Position numbers and translations under genes: made by a program
Shown here: positions 1-8,848 of the stretch, piece by piece
Numbering within the stretch: the stretch's first letter is position 1
Layout: the number at the start of each line of letters is the position of its first letter
The notes under the pieces: generated by a model
Database searches by the model: none
Seen by the model: only the letters and a program-made list of their open reading frames with translations
Told to the model about the DNA's origin: nothing
Assembly: GCA_964614825.1 (NCBI GenBank)
Contig: CAZTNB010000001.1
Span: 338-64,337 of the forward strand
Direction of reading: 5' to 3'
DNA length: 64,000 bases
DNA from: an uncultured Gammaproteobacteria bacterium
GTDB taxonomy: Bacteria; Pseudomonadota; Gammaproteobacteria; Xanthomonadales; Ahniellaceae

Positions 1-2240
1 ACGTCGGTTTCGTCGCGGGTGATGGCGACGGTGACCATGCGCGAGAGGTCGCTGGACATGCTCATCTGCGCGACCACGTTGCCGCCGTCGAGGCGGTTCA
101 CGCGCCGCGCCGTGGTCGGGCCGTCGTCGGCCTCCTGTGCCTGCATCAGCGGCGCATTCATCAGCCAGGACGCGTTGTCCTTGCCTTCCATCTCGAGATA
201 CCAGATGCCGTCGTCGCGCAGCACGAAGGCGTCCATGTTCCAGTAGCCGGCCAGCCACGACACGCGCCGTTCCTCGCGCGTGGCGAGGTCGAGCTTGAAC
301 AGGCCGCGGTCGGTTTCCTTGGTGTAGTAGATCGCGCCGTCGCCCAGCCAGTCACGCGGGTCGAAGCCGCCCGCGGTGGTCAGCTGCTCCGCGTTGGCGC
401 CGTCGGCGTCCATGCGCCACACCTGCCAGGCGCCCGAGCGGTCCGACGACGAGTAGATCGTGCGTCCGTCGCGCGAATACGAAGCCCAGCGCGTGCGCTC
501 GTCGTCGCGCGAGATCTTCTCCATGCGCGCGCTGGCGATGTCCACCCGCATCAGCTCGCTGCTGCCGGCGCTGCGCGCCACGAACAGCAGCGCGGAGCCG
601 TCCGGCGCCCACTGCGGGAAGGCCGGCTCGCGCTTGGACAGGCGGGTGAGCGGGAAGGCGCGGCCGCTGTCGAACTCGCGCAGCCAGACCTGCGGCTCGC
701 CGCTGCGGGTGGAGACGAAGGCCAGCAGCTTGCCGTCGGGCGAAATCGCCGGCAGGTACTCCGAGCGCGTCGAGGGTTCGACCAGCGTGCCGGCAATGCG
801 CTCGCCCCCGGCCCCGCGCGTCGGCGCGAACTGCATCAGCTGCGCCAGTTCGGTCTCGTTCTGCCACACCATCACCGCCGCGTGCCGCGCCACCGAGGGG
901 AAGGTGGCGGCGCTGGGCCCGAGTGCCACCGGCGTGCCGGTGGCGACGTCGATGCGATACAGCGCGTGCATGCCCTCGTGCGCGGAGGAGATCACCATCT
1001 GCGCGCTGTCGGGGTACCAGGCGTAACCGCGGATCGGCGCGCGCAGGTTGGTGATCTTGCGCGCGGTGCCGCCCGCGACCGGCATCACCCACAGGTCCGA
1101 ATACGGATAGGCGCCGCGCCGGAACGCGATCCACTTGCCGTCGGGCGATGAGCGCGGCTGCAGGTCGTCGTCGCCGACCGCGGCCGGGCCGTAGGCGATC
1201 GGCGTGATCGCGCCGCTGGCGAGGTCCAGCCGATGCACCGAACCGGCGGCGGTGGGGCCGAGCTTGTCGGCCTGCGTCGCGCGGCGGCACAGCAGCAGGC
1301 CGCTGCCGTCGCTGGTCCAGTCGATGTAGTCGATGGTGCGCTCGAAGCAGTCGCCCACGCTGCGCGCCTGCCCGCCCAGGGCCGGCATGACCTGGATCGT
1401 GCAATCGTCGCGCGACATGCGCAGGAACGCGATCTGCTTGCCGTCGGGCGACCAGGTCGGATAGGTGTCGGAGACGGTGTCCGGCGGGCTGGTGAGCGCC
1501 ACCGGATCGGCCGCGGCGTCGAGGCTGCGCAGCATCAGGCGCGAACTGCGGCCACCCTCCTCCACCGCCACGTACACCGCGGTGCTGCCGTCGGGCGACA
1601 GTGCCGGGAACTGCTCGCGGGTCGGATCGGAACTCAGCGCCACCGGCTGCGCCGGCGCCGGCGGTGGCGCCGTCAGCGCCACGGGCGGCGCGACCGAGGC
1701 CGCGGCATTCGCCACCGGCGACCGCGAACCGGCGTCGCGCTGCAACAGCGGCAGCGCCACGGCCAGCAGGGCCAGCCCGGCCAGCGTCGCCAGCAGCGGC
1801 CACGGCGCGCGCGCGGCCGGTTCCGGCGCGATCGGCGGCGCGGCGATCGTGGTGATCACCGGCACCGACGGCGGCGTCGGCGGGTCTTCGAGGATCTCCA
1901 CCGCCGCCAGCAGGCGGTAACCCACCTTGGGAATGGTCTCGATGATGCGTGGCGCGCGCGGATCGTCGTCCAGCGCGCGGCGCAGCTCGGTGATGGCGTG
2001 GGTGAGCACGTCGTCGGTCGGGAAGCCGTCGCGCCACACGATGCCGAGCAGGTCGTCGCGGCGCACCACGGTGGCCGGGCGCGCCAGCAACTCGCGCAGC
2101 ACCGCCATCGCCTTGGGCGTGAGCCGCACCTCGATGTCGCCGCGGGTCAGCCGGTTGGCCGGCGCATCCACGATCCAGCCGTGGACCCGCGCGTAGCGGA
2201 TGTCCGGCGTGCGGCGGATGAACTGGACGTTGGCGTTCAC
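1..2240 (-). CDS. Partial (3' end off the left edge) winged-helix CadC/OmpR-type transcriptional regulator with a TM segment and a C-terminal TolB-like beta-propeller
   Basis: Absent from the ORF track because it runs off the window. Hand translation from GTG at 2240 gives VNANVQFIRRTPDIRYARVHGWIVDAPANRLTRGDIEVRLTPKAMAVLRELLARPATVVRRDDLLGIVWRDGFPTDDVLTHAITELRRALDD..IETIPKVGYRL. A TM-like WPLLATLAGLALLAVALPLL follows, then repeated SPDG(K/S)xIAF / DLWV motifs. The minus frame has no ORF-track entry (no in-window stop) and the codons I translated at both ends are open; the middle was not checked codon by codon. Confidence 0.75.
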   Translation of the reverse strand, partial: MNANVQFIRRTPDIRYARVHGWIVDAPANRLTRGDIEVRLTPKAMAVLRELLARPATVVRRDDLLGIVWRDGFPTDDVLTHAITELRRALDDDPRAPRIIETIPKVGYRLLAAVEILEDPPTPPSVPVITTIAAPPIAPEPAARAPWPLLATLAGLALLAVALPLLQRDAGSRSPVANAAASVAPPVALTAPPPAPAQPVALSSDPTREQFPALSPDGSTAVYVAVEEGGRSSRLMLRSLDAAADPVALTSPPDTVSDTYPTWSPDGKQIAFLRMSRDDCTIQVMPALGGQARSVGDCFERTIDYIDWTSDGSGLLLCRRATQADKLGPTAAGSVHRLDLASGAITPIAYGPAAVGDDDLQPRSSPDGKWIAFRRGAYPYSDLWVMPVAGGTARKITNLRAPIRGYAWYPDSAQMVISSAHEGMHALYRIDVATGTPVALGPSAATFPSVARHAAVMVWQNETELAQLMQFAPTRGAGGERIAGTLVEPSTRSEYLPAISPDGKLLAFVSTRSGEPQVWLREFDSGRAFPLTRLSKREPAFPQWAPDGSALLFVARSAGSSELMRVDIASARMEKISRDDERTRWASYSRDGRTIYSSSDRSGAWQVWRMDADGANAEQLTTAGGFDPRDWLGDGAIYYTKETDRGLFKLDLATREERRVSWLAGYWNMDAFVLRDDGIWYLEMEGKDNASWLMNAPLMQAQEADDGPTTARRVNRLDGGNVVAQMSMSSDLSRMVTVAITRDETD

Positions 2241-2451
2241 GGTTCGCGCGCTCCGCGCTGTCTCCGCACCCGGATTAACTACAGCACTTTTCGTAGTTCA
2301 TTGCAACGGGGCGTTTCGCCGGCCCTGCGGCAGTCTCCGGCGCGGCGCGCGACCCGGCCAGTGCCGGAAGATGGGACGCGCCGCCGATCGGCGGCCCTTC
2401 GAACAAGGATGATTCGGGCCGGCGCAGCGTTGCATCGCTTCGGCGCAAGCC

Positions 2452-3414
2452 TCAGCGCACGTGGCGGAAGCGGTCCGTGGCCTCCAGCAGCTCATGCGCG
2501 ATGCCGGGCTCGAAGGCCGAGTGCCCGGCATCGGGCACCAGGCGGAAATCCGCCTCCGGCCACGCCCGGTGCAGGTCCCAGGCGCTGCGCGGCGGGCACA
2601 CGATGTCCCAGCGCCCCTGCACGATCACCGCCGGGACGTGGCGGATGCGCTCGACCTGGTGCAGCAGCAGGTCCTCGCGCTCGAAGAAGCCGCCGTGGAC
2701 GAAGTAATGGCACTCGATGCGGGCGAACTGCAGCGCATGCTCGTCGCTGTCGAAGGCGTTGACGTAGTCGGGGTTGTCGAGCAGGAAGCTGGTGCGCGCC
2801 TCCCACACCGCCCAGGCCCGCGCCGCCGCCACGCGCACGCCGCGGTCGGGATCGGTCAGGCGCCGGTGGTAGGCGCTCATGAGGTCGCCGCGCTCGGCCG
2901 CCGGGATCGGCGCCAGGTACTCCTCCCAGCGGTCCGGGAACATCTGGCTCGCGCCCCACTGGTAGAACCATTCGAGCTCCCAGCGCCGCAGCAGGAAGAT
3001 GCCGCGCAGCACCAGCGCGCTCACCGCCGCCGGATGCGCCTGCGCATAGGCCAGTGCCAGCGTGGAGCCCCACGAACCGCCGAACACCATCCAGCGCGAA
3101 ACGCCCAGGTGCGCGCGCAGGCGCTCGAGGTCGGCGACCAGGTCCCAGGTGGTGTTGGCCTCCAGCTCGGCGCTGGGCGTGGAGCGCCCGCAGCCGCGCT
3201 GGTCGTAGAGCACGATGCGCCAGTGCGCGGGGTCGAACAGCCGCCGCATCTTGGGGCTGGAGCCGCCGCCTGGCCCGCCGTGCAGGAACACCGCGGCCGG
3301 GCCCCTGGGGTTGCCGGACTGCTCGTAGTACAGGCGATGCAACGGCGATACCTGGAGGAACCCGGTGTCGTAGGGCTCGATCTCGGGGTACAGCGCGCGT
3401 CTTTCGATGGGCAT
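2452..3414 (-). CDS. pip: Proline iminopeptidase (prolyl aminopeptidase, alpha/beta hydrolase)
   Basis: ORF 2452..3528, trimmed to the internal ATG at 3414 (MPIERRALYPEIEPYDTGFLQV...). Contains HGGPGGG, the YDQRGCGRS motif and the GGSWGSTLALAYA nucleophile elbow typical of Pip. Confidence 0.9.
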   Translation of the reverse strand: MPIERRALYPEIEPYDTGFLQVSPLHRLYYEQSGNPRGPAAVFLHGGPGGGSSPKMRRLFDPAHWRIVLYDQRGCGRSTPSAELEANTTWDLVADLERLRAHLGVSRWMVFGGSWGSTLALAYAQAHPAAVSALVLRGIFLLRRWELEWFYQWGASQMFPDRWEEYLAPIPAAERGDLMSAYHRRLTDPDRGVRVAAARAWAVWEARTSFLLDNPDYVNAFDSDEHALQFARIECHYFVHGGFFEREDLLLHQVERIRHVPAVIVQGRWDIVCPPRSAWDLHRAWPEADFRLVPDAGHSAFEPGIAHELLEATDRFRHVR

Positions 3415-3552
3415 GCGACGGAAACCGGGACTCGACCGGCCCATCGTATCGCGTGCCCGGCCGCTGCCGCAGTCGCAGTCGAGCCGCCGTCCCTCGCCCC
3501 GTGAGGGCCCACTGCGTGGGCGACCCATGGCGCAGGGCGGCGGTGAAGCAAC

Positions 3553-3579
3553 GCGGCGCGACCGTCCTGGTCGCGCCGC
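3553..3579 (-). terminator. Candidate intrinsic terminator hairpin downstream of the TonB-dependent receptor gene
   Basis: 11-bp perfect stem gcggcgcgacc / ggtcgcgccgc with a 5-nt loop, about 35 nt after the stop at 3614. Only a weak T-run (GTTGCTTCA) follows on the minus strand. Confidence 0.4.
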
Positions 3580-3613
3580 GCCTCCGCCACGGGCGGGGGA
3601 TGGGATGCCCGTG

Positions 3614-6469
3614 TCAGAACTTCTGCGAATAGCTCACGTACCAGAAGCGGCCCGGCAGCTCGTACTGCGGGTCGAAGCTGTTGGCGAAGGCCGAGTACAT
3701 GACCGGCGGGGTCTTGTCGAACAGGTTGTTGATGCCCGCCGTGACGCGCGCGTTCCATGGCGCGTCCCACGAGCCCTGGATGTCGAAGTACCAGACGTCG
3801 TCGATCTCGTTCTCAGGCCCGCCGAAGGTGGGCGTGCCTGCCGGATCGGAGCAGACCTCCGGCTCGCCGGCCAGCACCGCCGAGGTGCAGGACTCGTCGA
3901 GCGCCGACAGGTAGCGCGCGCCGAAGGTCGCGCCCCAGTCGCCGTACTGCCAGTCGAGGTCGATGTTCGACTTGAGGCGCCACACCGGGAAGAACTGGAA
4001 GTAGTTGCCCACCACCGACAGCGGCCCCGAGCCCAGCGGGATCTCGGTGATGTACTCGCTGATGTAGGTGCTGGCCCAGTTGATGCGGAACTTGCCGTAG
4101 TCGGTGTCGAACCGGTAGTCGAAGGTGACGTCGTAGCCTTCCTGGGTCAGGGTGCCGTTGTTGGCCGCCAGCGCCAGCATGTCGAGGATGTCGCCGGAGG
4201 CCGGATTGCGCGTGATCAGCGCGCAGGAGCTCAGGGTGCTGTTGACGTAGCAGTCGGTGAGCAGGAACTGCGCGGTCGGCGCCGCGATCGTGTTCTCGAT
4301 CTCGATGTCGTACCAGTCGAGGTAGACGTCCAGCCCCTCGAGGTAGGACGGGCTGTACACCAGGCCCAGCGTCTTGGTGGTGGCGGTCTCCGGGGTCAGG
4401 TTCGGATTCGAACCCACCGTCGCGCGCACCTGCGAGTTGGCGATCTCGTAGCCCACCGGCACCGGGGCCACGCCGCCGATGCCGTTGTAGCAGTTGGCCG
4501 CCGGGGCCGGATTGAGCGCCAGGTTCGCCGCGTCGCAGGGGTCGGCGATGTCGGGGAACGAGTCCGCCTGGCCGCCGAACAGTTCGGTGATGTTGGGCGC
4601 GCGGAAGCCGTCGGCGTAGCTGCCGCGGACCAGCAGGTCGGAGATCGGCTTCCAGCGGAAGCCGATCTTCGGGTTGGTGGTGTCGCCGAACGACGAATAG
4701 TCCGAGTAGCGCGCGGCGACGTTGAACTCGACGATCTCGGCGCCGGGCAGGTCCTTGAGCACCGGCACGTTGAACTCGACGTAGAACTCGTCGACCGAGT
4801 AGCCGCCCTCGGTGGGCAGGCGCGCGTTGCCGGTGGTGAGGCCGGCGGCGACGAAGGCGTCGGGCGAGTCGTAGCCGGATTCGCGCCGGTACTCGTAGCC
4901 CGCGGCGAAGCCCAGCGGGCCGGCCGGCATCTCGAACAGGTCGCCGGTGATGTTGGCGGTGTAGTTGGTGCTCTTGTAGCCGCCGCTGTCGTGGATCACC
5001 ACCGACGCGTAGTCGAACATCTCCTGGGTGAAGCCGTCCGGCCCGCCGAGGAAGTTGAGCGGCACGCAGCCCGCGATCGGCGCGTCGGGCGTGCCGCAGG
5101 TGGGCACGCCGTCGGCGAGGAACGAGGGGCCCACGCCCTGGGCGAGGTTGCCGACGTTGTAGGCGCCGAAGTTGGTGTCGTTCTGCTCGCTCTCGTTGTA
5201 GATGTAGTTGACGTCCCACGAGAACGAGCGGTCCCACAGGTCGAAGGCGCCGTCGAAGCCGCCGGCGAAGTGGAAGGCGTCGACGTCCTGGTTGAAGCTG
5301 CGGCCGCGGCCCAGCGGGCGGAACTGCGAGCGCGTGATGTCCTGGCCGAAGGGGTTGTAGATGCTGTCGGCGGAGATGTTCACGCCGAAGGCGCCGCCGG
5401 CGCCCAGCGTGCCCAGCACGATCGGCGTCGGCGCCAGCAGCACCTCCGAATTGCGCTGGTTGTACAGCGCCTCGGCCCGGAAGCTGATCGAGTCGGTGAG
5501 GTCGTAGCGGCCCTGCGCATACAGGCCGACGCGCTCCTGCGGCGTCAGCAGGTAGTTGTCGGGGGCGAAGTTGTAGCCGTCGGTGGCGGTGCTGAACGGG
5601 CGGAAATCGCCGGCGGCGGTGCCGGGGCGTCCGTCGCTCAGCGTCAGCGTGCCGGCGCTGCCGTTGGGCAGGCGGTTGCCGGCGGGGCCGAAGCCGAAGC
5701 GGCCCTGCGGCGTGGTCGAGCTGGGGCCGCCCGGGTAGACCGTGCCCGACGGCAGGCCGTAGGTCGGCACCGCGCTGATGTCGCGGTCGCCGGCGCCCAC
5801 CTCCTCCTGCTTGGTGTAGGAGAGGTTGAGCACCACGCTGGCGCGCTCGGAGGTGCTGCCCAGGGTGAAGTCGTAGGCTTCGGTGCGGCCATCGCCCTGC
5901 TCGTACTCGCCGAGGTAGGCGTTCGCTTCCGCGCCGTCGTAGGTGTCGCGCGTGGTGATGTTGATCACGCCGGCGATGGCGTCCGAGCCGTAGATCGAGG
6001 ACGCGCCGTCCTTGAGCACTTCCACCCGCTCGACGATCGACAGCGGGATGGTCGACAGGTCGACGCCGGTGCCGATCACGCCGCCGCTGGCGCTCTGCAC
6101 CCAGCGCCGGCCGTTGACCAGCACCAGCACGCGGTTGGAGCCCAGGTTGCGCAGGTCGGCGCGGGTCTCGCCGTTGCCGCCGTTGTTGAAGGTGGTGTTG
6201 AGGGTGGCGCCGGCGCTGGTCAGCTCCTGCAGGATGTCGCCGACCGAGGTCAGGCCGGTGCGCTGCAGGTCCGCGCGCTCGATCACCAGCACCGGTTGCG
6301 AGGTCTCGATGTCGGTGCGCTTGATGCGCGAGCCGAGCACGGTGACGGTCTCCAGGGTCTCCGGCGCGTCCTGGTCCTGCGCCTGCGCCATCGGCGCGGC
6401 GACGACCGCGAGCGCGGCGGCGCCGTGCAGGGATCGCCGGATCGCGGCGCGTAGCGGGGTGGTTCTCAT
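3614..6469 (-). CDS. TonB-dependent outer-membrane receptor
   Basis: ORF 3614..7414, trimmed to ATG at 6469 (MRTTPLRAAIRRSLHGAAALAVVAAPMAQAQ signal peptide; SD GAGGAG upstream). Plug region ETLETVTVLGSRIKRTDIETSQP...VEVLKDGASSIYGSDAIAGVINI. C-terminal ...RFWYVSYSQKF ends in an aromatic residue. Confidence 0.9.
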   Translation of the reverse strand: MRTTPLRAAIRRSLHGAAALAVVAAPMAQAQDQDAPETLETVTVLGSRIKRTDIETSQPVLVIERADLQRTGLTSVGDILQELTSAGATLNTTFNNGGNGETRADLRNLGSNRVLVLVNGRRWVQSASGGVIGTGVDLSTIPLSIVERVEVLKDGASSIYGSDAIAGVINITTRDTYDGAEANAYLGEYEQGDGRTEAYDFTLGSTSERASVVLNLSYTKQEEVGAGDRDISAVPTYGLPSGTVYPGGPSSTTPQGRFGFGPAGNRLPNGSAGTLTLSDGRPGTAAGDFRPFSTATDGYNFAPDNYLLTPQERVGLYAQGRYDLTDSISFRAEALYNQRNSEVLLAPTPIVLGTLGAGGAFGVNISADSIYNPFGQDITRSQFRPLGRGRSFNQDVDAFHFAGGFDGAFDLWDRSFSWDVNYIYNESEQNDTNFGAYNVGNLAQGVGPSFLADGVPTCGTPDAPIAGCVPLNFLGGPDGFTQEMFDYASVVIHDSGGYKSTNYTANITGDLFEMPAGPLGFAAGYEYRRESGYDSPDAFVAAGLTTGNARLPTEGGYSVDEFYVEFNVPVLKDLPGAEIVEFNVAARYSDYSSFGDTTNPKIGFRWKPISDLLVRGSYADGFRAPNITELFGGQADSFPDIADPCDAANLALNPAPAANCYNGIGGVAPVPVGYEIANSQVRATVGSNPNLTPETATTKTLGLVYSPSYLEGLDVYLDWYDIEIENTIAAPTAQFLLTDCYVNSTLSSCALITRNPASGDILDMLALAANNGTLTQEGYDVTFDYRFDTDYGKFRINWASTYISEYITEIPLGSGPLSVVGNYFQFFPVWRLKSNIDLDWQYGDWGATFGARYLSALDESCTSAVLAGEPEVCSDPAGTPTFGGPENEIDDVWYFDIQGSWDAPWNARVTAGINNLFDKTPPVMYSAFANSFDPQYELPGRFWYVSYSQKF

Positions 6470-6585
6470 TGGAATGGCTCTCCTCGTAATCGTGGGCACA
6501 GCGTCGAGAGGTTGCACTGCTGGTGACGGGCAACGCGCGACGCCGCGAGGCGCCGCGCGTGCCACGATCGTCGGCCAGGGTTCCC

Positions 6586-7566
6586 TCAGGCGGGTTGCGG
6601 AACTTGCGCGGCGGTGGTGCGCGGATTGCGAATCCCCGCGCCCGCGCCCGCGTCCGGTGCCGGCTGCACGCCGCCGCGCGCCGCGCCGCGCAACTGCGTC
6701 GGCGCCACGCCGTAGTGCTGCTTGAACGAGCGCGCGAAGGCGCAACGGTTCTCGAAGCCCAGCGCGCGGCACACCTGGGTGACGCCGAGGCTGGTCGAGA
6801 GCAGCAACGTGCGCGCCGCCTCCATGCGCGCCGCCACCACGTGCTTGTGCGGCGTGTGGCCGAACACGTCGCGGTACACGCGCAGGAAATGCGTGGGCGA
6901 CAGCTTGGCGATGTCGGCCAGGCGCGCCAGCGAGCCCTCGGCGCCGATGCTGGCGCCGGAGTCGATGTGGTTGCGCACCCGCATCAGGCGCAGGAACAGC
7001 TGGCGCCGGTAGTGCGGCGAACGGCCCGGGCAGCGCTCGATGGCGGCGTCGTGGCCGGCCTGCGCGCGCAGCAGCATGGCGATGAGCTCGTCGACCGCGC
7101 GCAGCGCCGCCGCGGGGTCCTCGCCGCGCAGGGCCGCCTGCGCCACGCCGAGGAGCTGCGTGGCGAGCGCGGAGTCCGCGCGCAGCACCGCGGGGAACAA
7201 CAGTGGCGCCTCGAGGACCAGGTCGAACTCGCGGCGCGCGATGGCGCGCACGCGCTCGGGCGGCAGCAGCACGCCCACCAGGCTGGCGTCCTGGCCGGTG
7301 CCGGCCTGCACCGTCAGCCGGTTGCCGTGCTCGGCCACCAGCAGCTGGTCGGCCGCGAGCGTGAGGCGCAGGTCGCGCCCGAACAGGCGCGCCTGGCCGC
7401 GCACCGGCATCCACACCGAACCCGGCACCCAGCAGTTCCAGGTCAGCGCCGGCCGACCCTCGGACAGCAGCACGACCGCATCGCCCTGCGCGTACTCGCG
7501 GTAGTCGGCCTCGTCACGGAAGCTCGCCACCTCGCCTGCACCCACGATCCATCGCCGTAGTTTCAC
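6586..7566 (-). CDS. AraC/XylS-family transcriptional regulator
   Basis: ORF 6586..7704, trimmed to GTG at 7566, which is preceded by AAGGAG 8 nt upstream. C-terminal double HTH: LADIAKLSPTHFLRVYRDVFGHTPHKHVVAARMEAARTLLLSTSLGVTQVCRALGFENRCAFARSFKQHYGVAPTQ. Confidence 0.85.
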   Translation of the reverse strand: MKLRRWIVGAGEVASFRDEADYREYAQGDAVVLLSEGRPALTWNCWVPGSVWMPVRGQARLFGRDLRLTLAADQLLVAEHGNRLTVQAGTGQDASLVGVLLPPERVRAIARREFDLVLEAPLLFPAVLRADSALATQLLGVAQAALRGEDPAAALRAVDELIAMLLRAQAGHDAAIERCPGRSPHYRRQLFLRLMRVRNHIDSGASIGAEGSLARLADIAKLSPTHFLRVYRDVFGHTPHKHVVAARMEAARTLLLSTSLGVTQVCRALGFENRCAFARSFKQHYGVAPTQLRGAARGGVQPAPDAGAGAGIRNPRTTAAQVPQPA

Positions 7567-8012
7567 CGTCGCTGCTCCTTTCGTTGCGGAACTGGCGATG
7601 AGGGATAGGCGCGGGCGCGGCGAGCGTCCCGAGGGAGGGGCGAGTTGGGGGAGAGGAAGTGGCGAGGTCCGGGAGAGGTTTTTCCGAGGTGGTGGAAATC
7701 CCAATCGTGGCAGGGACTTGGCGCTGCAGCCCGGAAGTCATGCTGCGACGACGCGCGGGCGCGTCATGGGGCGCGAGGAGTGCTTCGCAGGCGTGGCAAC
7801 GGGGACGGGGCGCGCGCTTGGCGCCAGAACGCAGGACTTCAGTGCGGCGCGGGGGCGATCGGGGGGAAGCGGTGGGTGCGGGGCGGAGGGTCTTGGGGGG
7901 TGCGGCGATCGGAGCGGCGGGGCTTCGAGGCTCGCTGCGCTCGCGGCGACCGGGGGAGGCCGAGGCTTCGGTGGCTGCCGTACCGGGGGTTGGCACCTTG
8001 GGCTTCGCGAAT

Positions 8013-8089
8013 TGGTCGGGACGGTGAGATTCGAACTCACGACCCCCAGCACCCCATGCTGGTGCGCTACCAGACTGCGCTACGCCCCG
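8013..8089 (-). tRNA. tRNA-Pro (anticodon GGG)
   Basis: The reverse complement reads CGGGGCGTAGCGCAGTCTGGTAGCGCACCAGCATGGGGTGCTGGGGGTCGTGAGTTCGAATCTCACCGTCCCGACCA. It has a 7-bp acceptor stem, an anticodon stem CCAGC/GCTGG with loop AUGGGGU (GGG at 34-36), a T-arm GTTCGAATC and an encoded CCA. Confidence 0.92.
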
Positions 8090-8151
8090 ACGCTCGCGAA
8101 AGCCGCGGAATTGTACCCGAATCGGAAACGCCGGGGGATCGGCGGCGCCGA

Positions 8152-8508
8152 TCAGCGGCGCAGGATGTGCAGGACTTCCTCGAGTTCGAGGCGCACCTGC
8201 TTGACGATCTGGCCGGACATGCTGGTCTCGATCCGGCCCTGCTCGCCCTCGAGGCGCTGGCGCGCGCCGCCGATGGTGAACCCCTGTTCGTAAAGCAAGG
8301 CGCGGATCTGCCGGATCATCAGCACGTCGTGGCGCTGGTAGTAGCGGCGGTTGCCGCGGCGCTTGACCGGCTTGAGGTTGGGGAATTCCTGTTCCCAGTA
8401 GCGCAGCACGTGCGGCTTGACCGCGCAGAGTTCGCTCACCTCACCGATGGTGAAGTAGCGTTTGGCCGGAATGACCGGCAACTCGTTGTTGCTGCCCGGG
8501 TCGAGCAT
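8152..8508 (-). CDS. MerR-family transcriptional regulator
   Basis: 118-aa ORF with the N-terminal MerR HTH FTIGEVSELCAVKPHVLRYWEQEF...RRGNRRYYQRHDVLMIRQIRALLYEQGFTIGGARQRL. Sits directly downstream of ihfA. Confidence 0.85.
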   Translation of the reverse strand: MLDPGSNNELPVIPAKRYFTIGEVSELCAVKPHVLRYWEQEFPNLKPVKRRGNRRYYQRHDVLMIRQIRALLYEQGFTIGGARQRLEGEQGRIETSMSGQIVKQVRLELEEVLHILRR

Positions 8509-8543
8509 GTGCGGCCCCTGTGGACTTCAGTTCCCTGCCCGCT

Positions 8544-8846
8544 TCAGCCGACCCTGGGGCCGGAATACGCCTCGACACGGATCTTGAGCTTCTGCCCCGG
8601 CCGGAACGTCACCACCCGCCGCGCGGAGATCGGGATCTCCTCGCCGGTCTTGGGGTTGCGCCCCGGGCGCTGGTTCTTGCGCCGCAGGTCGAAGTTGCCG
8701 AAGCCCGACAGCTTCACCTGTTCCCCGCGCTCGAGCGCCTCGCGCACGACCTCGAAGAAGGCGTCGACGAACTCCTTCGCCTCGCGCTTGTTAAGGCCGA
8801 CGTTCTCGAACAAACGCTCGGCCATTTCCGCCTTGGTCAGCGCCAT
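8544..8846 (-). CDS. ihfA: Integration host factor subunit alpha
   Basis: The last 100 aa of ORF 8544..11426 read [91 protein letters not shown] at 8846. Confidence 0.95.
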   Translation of the reverse strand: MALTKAEMAERLFENVGLNKREAKEFVDAFFEVVREALERGEQVKLSGFGNFDLRRKNQRPGRNPKTGEEIPISARRVVTFRPGQKLKIRVEAYSGPRVG

Positions 8847-8848
8847 CC

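Noticed and set aside
2380-2395. Perfect 16-nt palindrome GCCGCCGATCGGCGGC downstream of pip. Related palindromes are GATCGGCGGCGCCGATC at 8137..8153 (over the merR stop) and CCGGCCCGCGGGCCGG at 47419..47434. Considered as a REP-like repeat family or as terminators.
   Set aside because: They are too short and too GC/GATC-biased to distinguish from chance in this composition. They have no U-tracts and share no extended consensus. They may be weak terminators, but the evidence does not support a call.
352-2762. ORFs 352..2037 minus (561 aa) and 1233..2762 plus (509 aa) at the left end.
   Set aside because: Both have junk-like composition. The real gene is in the third minus frame: an open, motif-bearing winged-helix plus TolB-like propeller that runs off the window edge, so it was not listed in the track.
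3407-6533. ORFs 3407..6454 plus (1015 aa) and 3813..6533 minus (906 aa) across the TonB-receptor region.
   Set aside because: These are shadow frames of the receptor gene. There is no motif content, and composition is dominated by R/A/G/V/D repeats.
8013-8089. tRNA-Pro as the attachment site of a genomic island or prophage.
   Set aside because: No integrase, excisionase or transposase is present anywhere in the window, and I saw no direct repeat of the tRNA 3' end by eye. Only the odd G-rich spacer remains, and it is reported separately.
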